Source: Vicugna vicugna (Eukaryota). From it: a stretch of DNA of 64,000 nucleotides. Below the pieces are notes generated by a model. The model did not search any database and was not told the DNA's origin. It worked only from the letters and a program-made list of their open reading frames with translations. The stretch spans positions 1 through 64,000 of the forward strand of contig MU058016.1 of assembly GCA_013265495.1 (NCBI GenBank), written 5' to 3'. This document shows positions 49,801 to 62,654 of this stretch, one piece after another (the stretch's first letter is position 1; each line of letters starts with the position of its first letter). Made by a program: the position numbers and the translations under genes.

Positions 49801-52384
49801 TTGTCCTACACTATTCATTAGCTCTCAGCATTGCATAGTGGTAAATGGTCCAAGTTCAAAGTGAGAACCAATGCTTTATCCTAGCACTTCACTTTAGATT
49901 TCCATTAAGAATTCACAGTGATTGCTACTGCCTTCCATGCTGTTCTCTTCTGGAAACCTGTGCCTTGCTCTGTTCCTGGGGCTTGTTTCATTTTCCTTTG
50001 TGTCTATGGGAACCTCCCTTTCCAGCGTCTCCTCCACTCTCCATCTCCTTTCCACCCTCCCTCTTTTCTCCACCCCTTTTTCCTGGCCAGAGTCTGGGTC
50101 TGAGGTCTATTTATTATTAATGGGTTCACGTTTATTTGTTGTCTTCAGGAAAATATGTTACATAGATTCGAGTAGAAGGTCACAACTCTGTCATTTTTAA
50201 AACTGTTTAAGTGAAAGACAAATTCCTCTTTTCAGTTATCACCTCCTGCCTTGAAAAAACATTCCTGTCCACTAAAGCAACACCAAAGAACACTCTGTCG
50301 GTGGCCACACTAGAACCAACAGCATGAGAATCTCTGTGTGACACATGCAGGCTGTGTCTTCCTCAGAGTGAATCTGGCCAGTGGCCCATATGCCCACAGC
50401 AAATGCTTCCTGTAGTAACTCTCCCTATTAGCTAATCTCTCCCTCACCATGTACCACACCCTCAAAGACGCCTCTTTTTTAAACTCAACAGCTGTTGGGG
50501 CCTCCTCACTCTACTTGCCATGAGGATTTTGTTAAGTTCTACAGATTTGGGATTTTTCTTTTTACTTGCGAATTGTGTAAATATTTAGCGTGAAGAAAAA
50601 GGTAAGTTTCCCACAACACACAAACTTCAAATATCCACCAAAATCTAGTAACTTGCTATTAAACAGCAATTTCACTGCAAACTATGCTGATTTAAAGATG
50701 AATTTGAAGCAAAGAAAGAGATCAACGTGAGGTAATTTTCCACATGAGGTCATCAAGAAAGAACACTTCATTTTCTGAGACTCTGGACAAAATGACTATG
50801 TAAGTCTGGACTAGAAAATACAATGGAATTTTAGACTATTCAAAACAGAAGAGATTAGGTAACTGTAAGGAGAGAGATTCTGGACTAAAGGTGGCTAAGA
50901 TTCCTTCTACGTATTTTCTGCATCCTGAACAGACTCTGACAGGCCCATGAAGCCTCAGAGGCCATAGGGAAGGACTTGATGCATTTCTTTAGTTTTAGGG
51001 GGGAAAAAAGAAATTGAAAGCTCATATTATGGTGAAACTGGTCAATTCGAGCTCAGATTTGAATTTGCCCATGTCTCACAGGAGTGGCCTACTATTTCAC
51101 TGTGGCACCACCCAATTCTCCTTTCTTCTCAGCTCTTTTCTTTGCTCCTCATGCCCAACCTCTCAGGTAAAGCAGAGCAGAGATGGTGGCTTTCTTCTTA
51201 CATGAGAACCTCTTAAAGTCATGCTCTGAATAATGGTTACTATTAGTAAAGGAACAGCGGGTTCTGTGTATAGATGTTCTAGTCGGGTATACACAGAAGG
51301 CTGAGAGCATTTTTCTCTGAGTACTGAGAGATCCACTCACCACCCGCTTCCAAATGGAACTGAGGACAAAGCTTAGAAAGTTAATAGTTTCCAGAATTTA
51401 GAAAAGGAAAAGCAAAAAGGAGAAGATGCAAGCAGCCAAAGAGAGATCAGATTCCCATCTGTGACAGACTTTGCATTAGCTAAAAGGCAAATTAATGGGA
51501 ATGATAAAAAATTTATATCACCTTGTAGAATCTGTGCAATTATTTAAGAACAACACTATTTTCTTTCTGCTCATGGGCTGTGTCTCTATAGCATTCCAAA
51601 GACAGAGGGCTTCATGAAAGGATACCATTTTGTAATTTACATTATACTATTTTTCTTCACTATGGTATTCTCTTATATTAACACTATAAATTAGTAAGTC
51701 TTCGTTTCAAAAAAAGTATGCCAAGAGTTTACCAAATTGTAAGAAAACAATGAAGTAAAAGGCATGCCTCTACCCTCAAGAAATTTATGATCTAGTTGGA
51801 TGGAAAAATCAATGCATGCTTGAAGAGTTCAAAAAAAGGCAAGATCACACCATTATTCAAGTAAATACTTAATTAAAATATACTATATATAAGACACTAT
51901 AATAAGTACCTTTTCAGCTATCCCTGCTCTCTAAAAGTTTCTGATCTAGTGAGACAGAAAAGATATATATACAGATAACACTAAAAATAAGTAAATTATA
52001 AGAAATTGCTAATATATAGTAGTTCAAACAAAAGGGTATAAACATTGAGACAGTTTCTTCCCCTCTCTTCCCAAGGAGAATTTGTTTACAAGGAGAAGAT
52101 TAAGTTTCTCTCTTTCTCCTCCTCTCTTAGGAATAGAGGGTTCTACATTTACATAAGTTCTCAGATTCAAGTTTTTGCAGTTGCTCACCTACAGGTCAGA
52201 TCCCAGTATATGTTGGGTGACTTCTGACTCTCATCCCCCAAGAAAGGGAAACTGTTAAGGAAAGGGAAACCAGGATAGTTATTGCTGTAAGTAATAATAA
52301 TCTGTCCTTGCCTCAGAAAGTAAATACTATTATTGCGTTTACTAATAAATGCAGATATTTAAAACCCATTCGTAGCATAATTAC

Positions 52385-54990
52385 ACATTCTACAAATACT
52401 AAAAAGATGCTGAGAGAATATTATGAATGACAGTTCCAATCAAAACTGACAACTTAAGTGGACAATTTCCTTGAAAGACACAAACTGCTAAAGCTTTCAA
52501 AAAGAAACGGATAACCTGAATAGCTCCATAGCTAGTAAATTAGTTGAATTTGCCAAAACTTTCCCACAAACAAAACTCAAGGCAAAGATGACTTCACTGG
52601 TGAATTCTAACATTAAAGAAAAAATAAAAGGAATTCTACACAAAGTCTTCTAAAAACAACTGAGGAGGAGAAAGTACTTCCCAACTAATTATAAAGGCCA
52701 ACATTTCCCTGATATCAAACCAGACAAAAGTATTACAAGAAAAAAAAAAAAACTACAGACCAGTATGCCTCATGAGCATAGATGCAAAAGTTTGAAACAG
52801 TATTTTAGCATATCAAATCCAACAACATATAAAAATCAATACATCAAGTGTGGCTTTCCCCAGGAATACAAAGTTGTTTTGACATTTTAAAAAAGCAAAC
52901 AGTATAATTCACTATATTAATAAACTCAAAGAGAAAACCCATATGATAATTTCAATGGCTGCCCAAAAAGCATCTGACAAAAATCCAACAAGTTTTTCCT
53001 GATAAAAAATAAAAAGAAACTCCCTCAACTTGATATATGGGAGAGAAAGAAAGAGAGAAAGAGAGGGAGGAAGGGAGGAAGATAGAAAAATAGAAAGAGA
53101 AAGAAAAAGAGAGAAAGAAAGAAACGACTTTACAGCTAACATCATAATGATGAAAAACTAAATGCTTTCCCCCTATGATCAGGATTAATACAAGATGTTC
53201 ACTCTCATGATTTTTATTCAGTATTTTGCTGAAAGTTCATGTCAGCACAATAAAAAAAGAAAAGGCATCTAGAGTGGAAAGGAAGAAGCAAAATTGTTTT
53301 TATTCACAGATTACATAATTGTCTATGAAGAAAATCCAATAAATCTACAGAAAAACTATGAGATCTAATATATGAATTTAGCAAAGTTTTAGGATACAAC
53401 ATCAAAATACAAAAATCTATTGTTGTCTTCATATATTCTCAACAAGAGCAAAACGAAATTTAAAGAGAATAGTACAAACAACAACCTCAAAAATACAGAA
53501 TATTTAGATATAAATCTGCCAAGAGAAGAGCAAGACCTGAATACTGAAAGCTGTAATGCAATGCTGAGAGAAATTTAAAATCCGAACTAATAGACATACT
53601 GAGACTTCATGCGTTAGAAGACTCCGTGTTAAGAATTCTCCCCAAATTGCTTTAGAGATTTAACACAACCCAATCAAAATACCAGCAGAAATTTTTATAG
53701 AAATTGACAAACCAAATCTAAAACTCACATCAAAATGCAAAGGACTTACGATAGCCAAAACAACTTGGAAAAAGAGGAAAAAAGTTAAACGACCAACACT
53801 GTCTGATTTCAAGACTTACCATAAATTTACCATATTCAAGACAATATAGCATTGGTATAAAAATAGAGACACATAGATCAACAGAATAAAATACCAAGTC
53901 CAAATATAGACCCACACTCCCAAGGAAAACTACTATGGGAGGAGGAAAGGTAATTCAATGCAGAAAGCAAAATCTTTCAGTCAATGGTACTGCAACAATT
54001 GGATACCCATATGCAAAATAAGGAACTTCATTTCCCACCTTGTACATGCAATATCACAAAATTAACTAGAAATTAGTCAAAGGCATAAATGTAGAAAATG
54101 TAGAATCTAAAACTGTAAAACTTCTAGAAGAAAACATAGGATAAAATCTTTGCAAACTTGGGTCAGGCAAAAATTTTACAGCTACAACTATCAACAAAAA
54201 CATGATACATAAAATGTTTTTAAATTGATATATTGGACCTTATCAAAATTAAAACTTTCACTCTTCAAAATACGATTTTAAAAGAATGAAAAGACAAACT
54301 ACATACTGGGGAGAAACATTTGCAATTCATGTATCTGATCAAGGACTTGCATTCAGAACAAATAAAGAACCCTTAAAACTCAATAGAAATTTTTTAATCT
54401 GATTAAAAAAAAAAGTGGGCAAAAGATTTGAACAGACACTTGACCAGAAAAGATATATGGATGGCAAATAAGCATATGTAAAGATGCTCAACATCATTTA
54501 TCTTTACAGAAATGCAAATTAAAACCATGAGATATCACTAGACACCTATTAGAGTGGCTAAAATTTAAGACTGACCAAACCAACTGTTGATGAGGACGTG
54601 GAGGAGCTGGAACTCTCACACGTTGCTGGTGGGAATGAAAAATGTTAAAACAACTTCGGAAAACAGTTTGATAATGTCTTAAAAAGTTAAACACACTTAC
54701 CATATGATCCAGTCATTTCATTACCAGGCATTTAGCCAAAAGAACTGAAAGCTTATGTCTATATAAAGGTGTGTATCTGAATGTCCACAGCAGCTATATT
54801 TACAACAGCTTAAATCTGGACACAACCCAATGTCCATCAAAAAGTGAATGAACAAACAAGCTGTTGGATATCCATACAATAGAATACCATTTGCAATAAA
54901 GAAAAATAAATGATTGATACATGCAATGTGGATGAATCTCAAATAATCATGCTAAGTGAAAGAAGCCAGAAAAAAAAAAAGGAAAAAAAA
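52385..54990 (+). mobile_element. Old L1 (L1MB/MC-like) ORF2, with a GA-rich simple repeat at about 53040-53123
   Basis: gacttcactggtgaattct; aaactacagaccagtatgcctcatgagcatagatgcaaaa; aatgcaaattaaaaccatgagatatcac; accatatgatccagtcatttca; ends in an A tract. Confidence 0.92.
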
Positions 54991-55551
54991 AATCTTCTTA
55001 GCAGCCAATAAGGGGGAAAAACAGCTACTAAGTAAAATTCCAAAGTATTTATTATAAATGCAAACATTTCAATCACATAGTTATTTTATATAAACATGCA
55101 AAATAAGCTGGTTGATTTTTTAACAACATCCTCTAGTTAAAAAAAAAAAAAGTAAAAACAGAACATGATTCTTTCTAGCTGTAAAGCAGCCCAGGGTCTT
55201 ATCCAGAGTTAAAGATATAGATAGTTCTTACTACTTGAAGAACTATCAAGTCTATCAAGTCTAACTAGACTTGAAAGTTCTCCAGACCTTGGAAATACAA
55301 CTGATCATTTATCACTTATATTGCAACAGCAATTTGACTCAGATTTAACTTAGAAGTTAACTTCTTGTTTATACAAACATTTTGCCTCCCCTTTTGAGAC
55401 TTCTAATTTCAAGAGGTTTGATATAATCCACAAGGACAGCTGTGGTCATGTTTCAGCAAGAGCTCTTTACTCAATTTGTGAGCTGCATCAGAGTCTTAAG
55501 AGGAGCTGATTAAACAGGCAGATACATGGGTCCGTCCCATGTAAGCGATAC

Positions 55552-56172
55552 TGCGGTAAGCAGAATTTTTTTTTTAACATTTTTTATTGATTTGTAAGCA
55601 GAATTTTAAGATGTCCCCCATGATATCTATGCCCTGGTGTTACTCCCATAATTATGTTACGTGACAAAAGGGGTTCTGCACATGTTATTAAGGTTACTAC
55701 TCAGTTAACTTTAAGACAGATTATCCAAGAGGGCTTAACCAAATCACATAAGCCCTTTAAAAGCAGGAAGTTTCTCTGGCTAGTTGCAGAAGGAAAAGTC
55801 AGACAGATTTGTATATGACAGAGGTTGACAGAGGTCCTCTGCCACTGAGATGAAAGGGGCCATATGGCAAGGGCCTGAGAGCTTTAAGGGCTGAGAACAG
55901 TCACTGGTCAACAGCAAGACAAAGGGGCCTCAGTCCCACAACCACAAGGGAGTCACTTCTACTACCAACTGGAGGGAGCTTGGAAGTAGATTGTTCCCTC
56001 CAGCCTTCAGCTAAGAGCCCAGTCCAGCTGACACCTCGATTTCAACCTTGCAAGACATTAAGTAGAGAACTCAGGCGAACTACTTCTGACGATAGAACTG
56101 ACATAACAAATAAGTATTGTTTTATGCTGCTTGATTTGATAATTTGTCATGCAGCAACAGATAATGAATACA
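55552..56172 (+). mobile_element. MLT1 (E-like) MaLR solo LTR
   Basis: tgcggtaagcagaatttt...aagatgtccccca; ggggccatatggcaaggg; cagtcccacaaccacaagg; ends gcagcaacagataatgaataca. Confidence 0.85.
55570..55593 (-). mobile_element. 24-nt L1 tail-only insertion with a 14-bp TSD
   Basis: Reverse complement AAATCAATAAAAAATGTTAAAAAA is identical to 21566-21589, the terminus of the young L1. TSD GTAAGCAGAATTTT at 55556-55569 and 55594-55607. Confidence 0.9.
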
Positions 56173-56689
56173 TCTTTTGAATCAACATCTCTGGAAAGTG
56201 GTATCGAAGAATTTATGTATTTATCAACCTCCCAATTCATTTTTATACCAAGTAAAAGACCAGTTGAACTAGAAAAACATGATCACCGAAACGAAACATT
56301 ATATGTCTGAACTTGTCTCTTATAGCTTGAGAGTATAAACCCATTTAAAATTTGAATCAAGTTCTTGGTTAATTCCTTGTTAATGACATTTCTCCTTATC
56401 ACTATGATGAAGGAGACTCTTAAGGTCATTAAATACATCTTCCAGCCTCCAAGCAAGGCAGAATTATGTTCTGGTCAAAATTCATTCATTTTTTTAGAAG
56501 CTCTTTAGTAAATATATTTACGCTCAATAATATGATCTAGTGCACAATACCACTTTCTAGTCTGCACATTCTTCCTTTAAAGGCACTCTAAATTCCCTTC
56601 AATGTCATTTAAGTCAATTTTCTCTTTCCAGACCTTGGAAAAGATAGTTAACAGCTGGCCATGTTCCTTTTATGTTACATCTTTCATTT

Positions 56690-57300
56690 CCTATGAGGAC
56701 TGCTGAGTAGCAATGTGCCCATTCCTAGGAGGTCAATTGTGATTGGTCTGGATTGAGGCTCTATATATTCTTTGCTGATAAATGCATAAAAAGTGGGCAT
56801 GCAATCCAGTTCTGACCAAAAAGACTTAAAATGAAGCCGGCTGAACGACTGTGGAAAGGATTTTCCTCCTTGGTAAAAAGAGAGATGCACAAAAACATTC
56901 ACCACTTGTTTCCTACTAAAAATCACACACACACACACATACACACAAGTTATGCAGATGCTAAATCAATGTGGTACTCATGTCAGAATTCCTTTGCTCA
57001 GCATGAGCTCCATATTAGTACCAGAAAGGTTGGACCACATGTGTATATAACACATCCAGGCACACAAGCAGATCAGAACTGCTGGAGTCATCCTGTGATG
57101 ACTATGAGAGATGTTCCTGATGTCCTGATGATCCAGATGGGAGATATGAAGTCCCTGAAGACTGATGAGCTGCCAGACTGACTCTGGAACCCCAAAATGC
57201 CCCATGAAGTGAGATTTAAAATGGCCTTCTTATGGAAGCCATTTTTAGTTGAGTTTTTTTTTTTTTGATGCTTTCTTATAATCATGTAGTCTAAGCCATT
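56690..57300 (+). mobile_element. Old MLT1 (J/K-like) LTR
   Basis: gtcaattgtgattggtct; gggcatgcaatccagttctgaccaa; ggaaaggattttcctccttg; aagccatttttagttgagtttt. Confidence 0.65.
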
Positions 57301-58711
57301 TTCTTATCAAGCAACATCCCCAGGAAGTTGATAAGAATACTTGGTATGTAGTAGTTATCTGTATTTCCTCTTTTTGGCTGTTCCTTAATCCATAAATCCC
57401 AAAGATCCTTTCAGGACCAGCAAAGGTAGCCCTCTGCCAGGTGAGACACCAGACACAGGCAGTCTAGAGGAGGTGGTGAATGCCACCTCTCTGCCTCTTA
57501 AAATTTCCCCAGATCCAGCAGGCACCACTGCTGAACTCAGACTCAAGTTCCCCACAAACACTTTCTGAAGGTGGCTTCAAAATAGGCCTTTAGGAAACAG
57601 TAAGTCAGAGTAAACTTGGACTTCACCTAGAAGAGAATAACTCTGGTAGGATGGACCCCAACCCTGTGAGTAAAGGAACTGCCTCCATTTCTCTGGGGGT
57701 ACCAAGGTAGGGAGCCTGACAGCTCAGCCCCTTGTTGACTGTCCCCTGCCTACTCCAGAAGCTGTTCCCAGATGTCTCCCAGCAAGAAAACCAGGCTTCC
57801 AAGTAAAAGAGATATTCCACTTCGTTTTTTTGGCCAACTTCAGTGAACATAAGAGTGGAATACACATGTTAAGCACATAGTAAATGCTCACTAACTCTTT
57901 CTGTGATTCATGAATAAAATGTGATGAGAAAATTTTATAATTACGGTACTTGGTATTTCCTTTCAAAAATTACAGTTTTCCTGCTCTCTGCATCTCTTTC
58001 CGATTTACTCTGAAACACTTAGTGGGGTTTGTAGAGATTGGAAGGAAGGTGGACCTGAAAGGCATCACTATGGCAGGCCCACTTGTAAGCTCCAAACAGC
58101 CTAAGAAAGTGCAATTGACCTTGGTGAACTTGCCATGGTCCAGAGTCTTGTTCTCAACTCTGCCAGCTCAGAACCCAGCTTTTTTTGGCAAACCACACCT
58201 GTAGATTCTGAGCTATGTGAAAAATACTACTCACATGTGGATCTAAACACTCACACTGATATAACCAGTACATTCTCTGTAACAGGCAAATCTATGAAAG
58301 GCCAAATAATAAAATCAAATGTAGTTGAATAGGCATGAAATCAGAACAAGGAGAATTTATTGATGATTCAAAATTTTAGAGACACAAGCATCCATCATGT
58401 GGTGGGATAGTCACAAGAACTGAAGTTTCCATGCCAGCCTTCTTGAGCAGTTCTTAGCCAGACCCCTCCAAAGTTTCTTTCTCAGACTCTGCCTTTTCCC
58501 TCTATAGGTTTCAGTCTGAGCAATCATCTCCTTTCTAACACGCATGTTATTAATCTTTAAATATTTGGATTCTTCAATTAGCTTATAGTTAAGTCTTACC
58601 AAATCTGGAAGAGTCATTCTGATAAGTCTGTATCTCCGCTTTATGTTGATTTTATACTTTCACTTGGGGGCCAACACTGTCTGCAAGTTTTGGAGTTTAA
58701 ATGGTAATGTG

Positions 58712-58847
58712 ACTTTTTAAAATTTTTCTTAAATTTCTTTTTTGGGGAAATAATTAGGATTATTTATTTTAATGGAGGTACTGGGGATTGAACACAGGAC
58801 CTTGTGCATGCCAAGTGCACACTCTACCACTGAGCTATACCCCTCCC
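58712..58847 (-). mobile_element. tRNA-derived SINE resembling camelid vic-1
   Basis: Minus strand reads GGGAGGGGTATAGCTCAGTGGTAGAGTGTGCACTTGGCATGCACAAGGTCCTGTGTTCAATCCCCAGTACCTCCATTAAAATAAATAA: Pol III A and B boxes, then an AT-rich tail. Confidence 0.9.
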
Positions 58848-60116
58848 ACTGTGTACAAGTCTTTTGCATAACACCTCATTGTTACTTCCTGAATGCCTTC
58901 TAAATTTCAGAAGGAATCATGCACATGTCAAACTGAGGTGGCACTCACATCGATATTCCTTTGCTTAATCCATGCTCCAGCATCAGTCTCAGAGAGGTCG
59001 GGCCACACATGCACGTAATACAGGCAGGAAAAGAACTCCAGACATAATTTTTACAACAGAACACATGACAGGGAATCCTGGAACCGTCCATGACCACTAT
59101 TTCCCTGACACTCACTCCTATGTTTTTCCAGTTAATCCTTAAAAAATACTCCCACTCCCACCCCAACTGCATAGAATTCCTGGGCTATTGTAGATCTCTC
59201 AGCCCTCCCTACTCCACCTGTCCTCCACGTGGCCACCTGGACACACATGTAAGGATACCACAGATGCACGTGCCAGAAATCTTGCTCAATACATTATCGA
59301 TTCCCTTTATTCTCTGAGAGAAAAATTAAAGCAGCCTATTTGATTTCAGTTTACATGTAGGAATGACAGGACTTTCTATTGTTGAGTGCATTATGAAATC
59401 TTTTTGGCTGTAATGACATATGCATTTGGGCACCTAAATGCACCACCACCCACCCCCACTAAAAGAAACGAAACAAAACAGGCTTTCTCAAAAACACGAA
59501 AAAGTTTTGTTTCAAAGTCTCACTGTTATACAAACATAAGATACAGCCTCCTGAAAGAAACATTAAAAAGGCCATTGAGCCCTCCAGTGGCAAAATTATG
59601 AAAATGTTTTGATACACATCCAAACACCCTGGAGGACTCTCTTGAAGACAGATGAAAACAGAACAAAGTTGAGTCAGTTCAGGGGTTTGGGGTTTTCAAG
59701 TTTCTGGAATTTCTGTAAGCCCCATCAGCCCAATGAATGATGGGACCATTATCCAAGCATTCCTTTTTTAGGAAAAACTCTTTCAGGTCATGCTCATAAT
59801 ATAAAAGTCCTCACTGATTTATTTACTGTGTTCCAAGGTTTATTTTCACAGCGGTAGGTTTTAATAGAGTTTAAATAAAGGTGTTGTCACAGACATCTGG
59901 TGAGTCTAATTCTAGATTTGAATTACGAGACTTGTGAAAATCAAACATAAAATGCAACCAGTAGTCATGCATAGAAGTCTGTAACCAAAGACCAAATGTT
60001 TCAGTTCAGAGACTATCTGTCTTGGGCTAAAGAGGTTTCAGTAATTTTGCTAGTTATTTTCTCTTGCCATCGGCATTTTCCTGCATTGAGATACAGAGAT
60101 TCTTGGGTACCTGTCT

Positions 60117-60160
60117 ACACACACACACAAACATACACACACACACACTCTCTCTCTCTC
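60117..60160 (+). repeat. Compound (CA)n(CT)n microsatellite
   Basis: Directly visible. Confidence 0.85.
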
Positions 60161-61919
60161 CTTTCTTCATATTAAGGGGCACATACTGGAAAACATCCTA
60201 GGAGGATATTTTATACTATAAATATCATCTATCATATTTTATTCTAAACCAACCAGCTATTTCTTTTTTTCCTTTGTCTTTTTTTGGCATTGTGTTCTCA
60301 TATACAGATTCTTGGTCAGGTTTCACAAATCCAAGGAGGTGCTATAATATAATATTATACATTTTTAAATGATCAAAATAAATAATAAAAGTGAAACAGT
60401 TTGAAAAATTAAAATGGTTACATTTATTTCCATGAATTGCAAACCTTAAAACATAATTTCAGAATCACACCTGGAGAACTTTAAATTTAACTGTACCATC
60501 ATTCAGCTTTAATTTATTCATTTTTTATAAAATTCTATTACGTACATATTATTTACAAGGTGCTGCTCTAGGCACTGCCATAAATTAAGAAAAAAATTAA
60601 CTAGCTAGATATTTACTACATATTATCCTCCATATTTATAAACCCTATCTGTGGGAGAGCTGTGCCAAAACCACTAACATCAGCCTTTCTTTATGCACGT
60701 AAAGATCATTCTCATGTCTCAGTATGACACCTGCTTTCCAGGACAATGTGGTATTTGCAACTCAATTTCTCATGGTCTCCAAAATAAGGACAATGCCATT
60801 ATTTTTAGAACGTTAGAAGTGTGCAGAGGAAGATAACCATAGAACCCACTTCCTCATTTCTCTATAGCACAGCAGTCTGAAGAACACTTAGACTTGGAGA
60901 TTTTGTGAATTCCCAACAGTCAAAAGTCTTAAAAACTGGTCTGGATGATCTGACACATCAGACCTCTGCTCCACTTGGGTATCATCCTACTCAAGCTTGC
61001 ATAGTTCCAAACCCACATTTTAGGGGGGAGGGGAAGCATCTCAAAGAATATTCTTGCATTAGGCCATCAACAATTTCATAAAGTTCATACCACTTTAATT
61101 TGCCCAAAGTTCTCCCTCAGAACACAGTGCTCTTACCAACTTCTGAAGTCATCTTTCCACAATTTAAATTCCTAAGAAATTTGAAATCTTCTGATTTTAG
61201 TAGCTGTAAAACTCCATTTACACTGGCATTAAGTCTATTTCTACCTGGCAGCAATATTCATCAAACACCTACATGCTAACTGTATAGAAATGAGTCATTT
61301 CCTCTTCTGGGGGAGACTTCAAGCACACCTCTGCAAGGCAAAATAGTCTGAAGCACTAGAAAGTTACATGCTTACCAAAAAAGGAAACACTGAACCACAG
61401 TCTCTCACTGAGTGAAAATAGGCAGAGAAAATTAAAATGTAAGTGGAGTATAAGGTTTACTGAACATCAACACCTTTATGAATCACACCTATACAAAAAA
61501 AGGCTCAGTGAGAAAAAGAAGTCCTAAGATAGATGCTTATAATAGTGCATTAAATGAAGCAGCCTTTACTCATTTAAAACACAATTCTGTGGCAATTTTC
61601 AGCTAAGAAATGAATAGATTCATCTCTAATCAACAAAAACTAGATTTTTCTAATTTTTACATCATTCTTTACTTTTCTCCTTCCTGTTTTCTACTCATTT
61701 CTGGTGAGGTATTAATGAAAAAAAGAAAAGAAAAGAAAACAGAAAAAGTGCCATGCAAACTCAGTCGTTTGGAGATTTAATTGGAATTCTGAAAATTTTC
61801 TATTGGCTGGCATATTTTAAAAGCCTGTTTTTTAACAAGCATCCTTAAATTAATGAATTGTGAGAAGCAGTAAGAGAATATTCCACTGAAGCAAGTCATA
61901 GATTTTACAATTCTGGCCT

Positions 61920-62371
61920 TACATGTAATAACACAAAAGTGGAAATAACCTAAATGTCCACTAACAGATAAATGGATGAACAAATTGAAGTTTATCCATA
62001 CAATGGAACACTACTCAGCAATAATAAAGGAGATAAATAATACCTGAAACAACATGAATAAATACCAAAATAATTATACTGAGTGAAAAACATAGCTCCC
62101 CCCAAATACATCCTATATGATCTCATATATAGAACTCCTGACAAATGCAAACAAGGCGACAATGACGCAAACCAGATCAGTGATAGCCTAGGGAAAGCGA
62201 TAGAGGGAGAGATTAAAAAGTGGCACGAAGAAACTTGCTGGGTCCATAAAAATGTTATTTGATTATAATGAAGATTTTGCCATATTCAAAACTCATCAAA
62301 CTGTACCCTTTTGACAAGTGAAATTTATTATATGACAATTATGCTGTAATAAAGCTGTTTTTAAAAAAAAA
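61920..62371 (+). mobile_element. L1ME/MB-type 3' end
   Basis: gtggaaataacctaaatgtccactaacagataaatggatg...caatggaacactactcagcaata...caaaactcatcaaactgtac...aataaagctgtt followed by an A tract. Confidence 0.85.
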
Positions 62372-62436
62372 CTATTTGCTAGGAAAATGCCACTCCCACG
62401 ATGAAGCCATCGAAGTTCCCGTCAAAATTAGAACTT

Positions 62437-62654
62437 GGAGGGATTTGGGTTCAAGGTGGCAATGGAAGAGGATCCTGAACTTACCTCCCACGAACACTCT
62501 GAGTCTACAGCTATGTGTAGAATTTCCTCCAAAACAAACAAACAAACAAACAAAAAAACCCCTAAAACCTGGCTGAGCAACTCCTATACATTGGATGAAG
62601 AGATGGTCCATATCAAATAGGGTAGGAGCGAATGGGACACAATGTGGCCATAAA
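62437..62654 (+). mobile_element. Isolated L1 5'-UTR start fragment with internal (AAAC)n
   Basis: ggagggatttgggttcaaggtggca (degenerate CAAGATGGCG YY1 motif)...gaggatcctgaacttacctcccacgaacac...gggtaggag resembles laurasiatherian L1 5' ends. Confidence 0.65.

Noticed and set aside
49845..50200. ORFs in all three + frames
   Set aside because: A pyrimidine-rich low-complexity tract that lacks stop codons by composition.
58770..58847. Functional tRNA gene
   Set aside because: It has A/B boxes but no proper acceptor stem, and it is followed by a SINE-type AT-rich tail.
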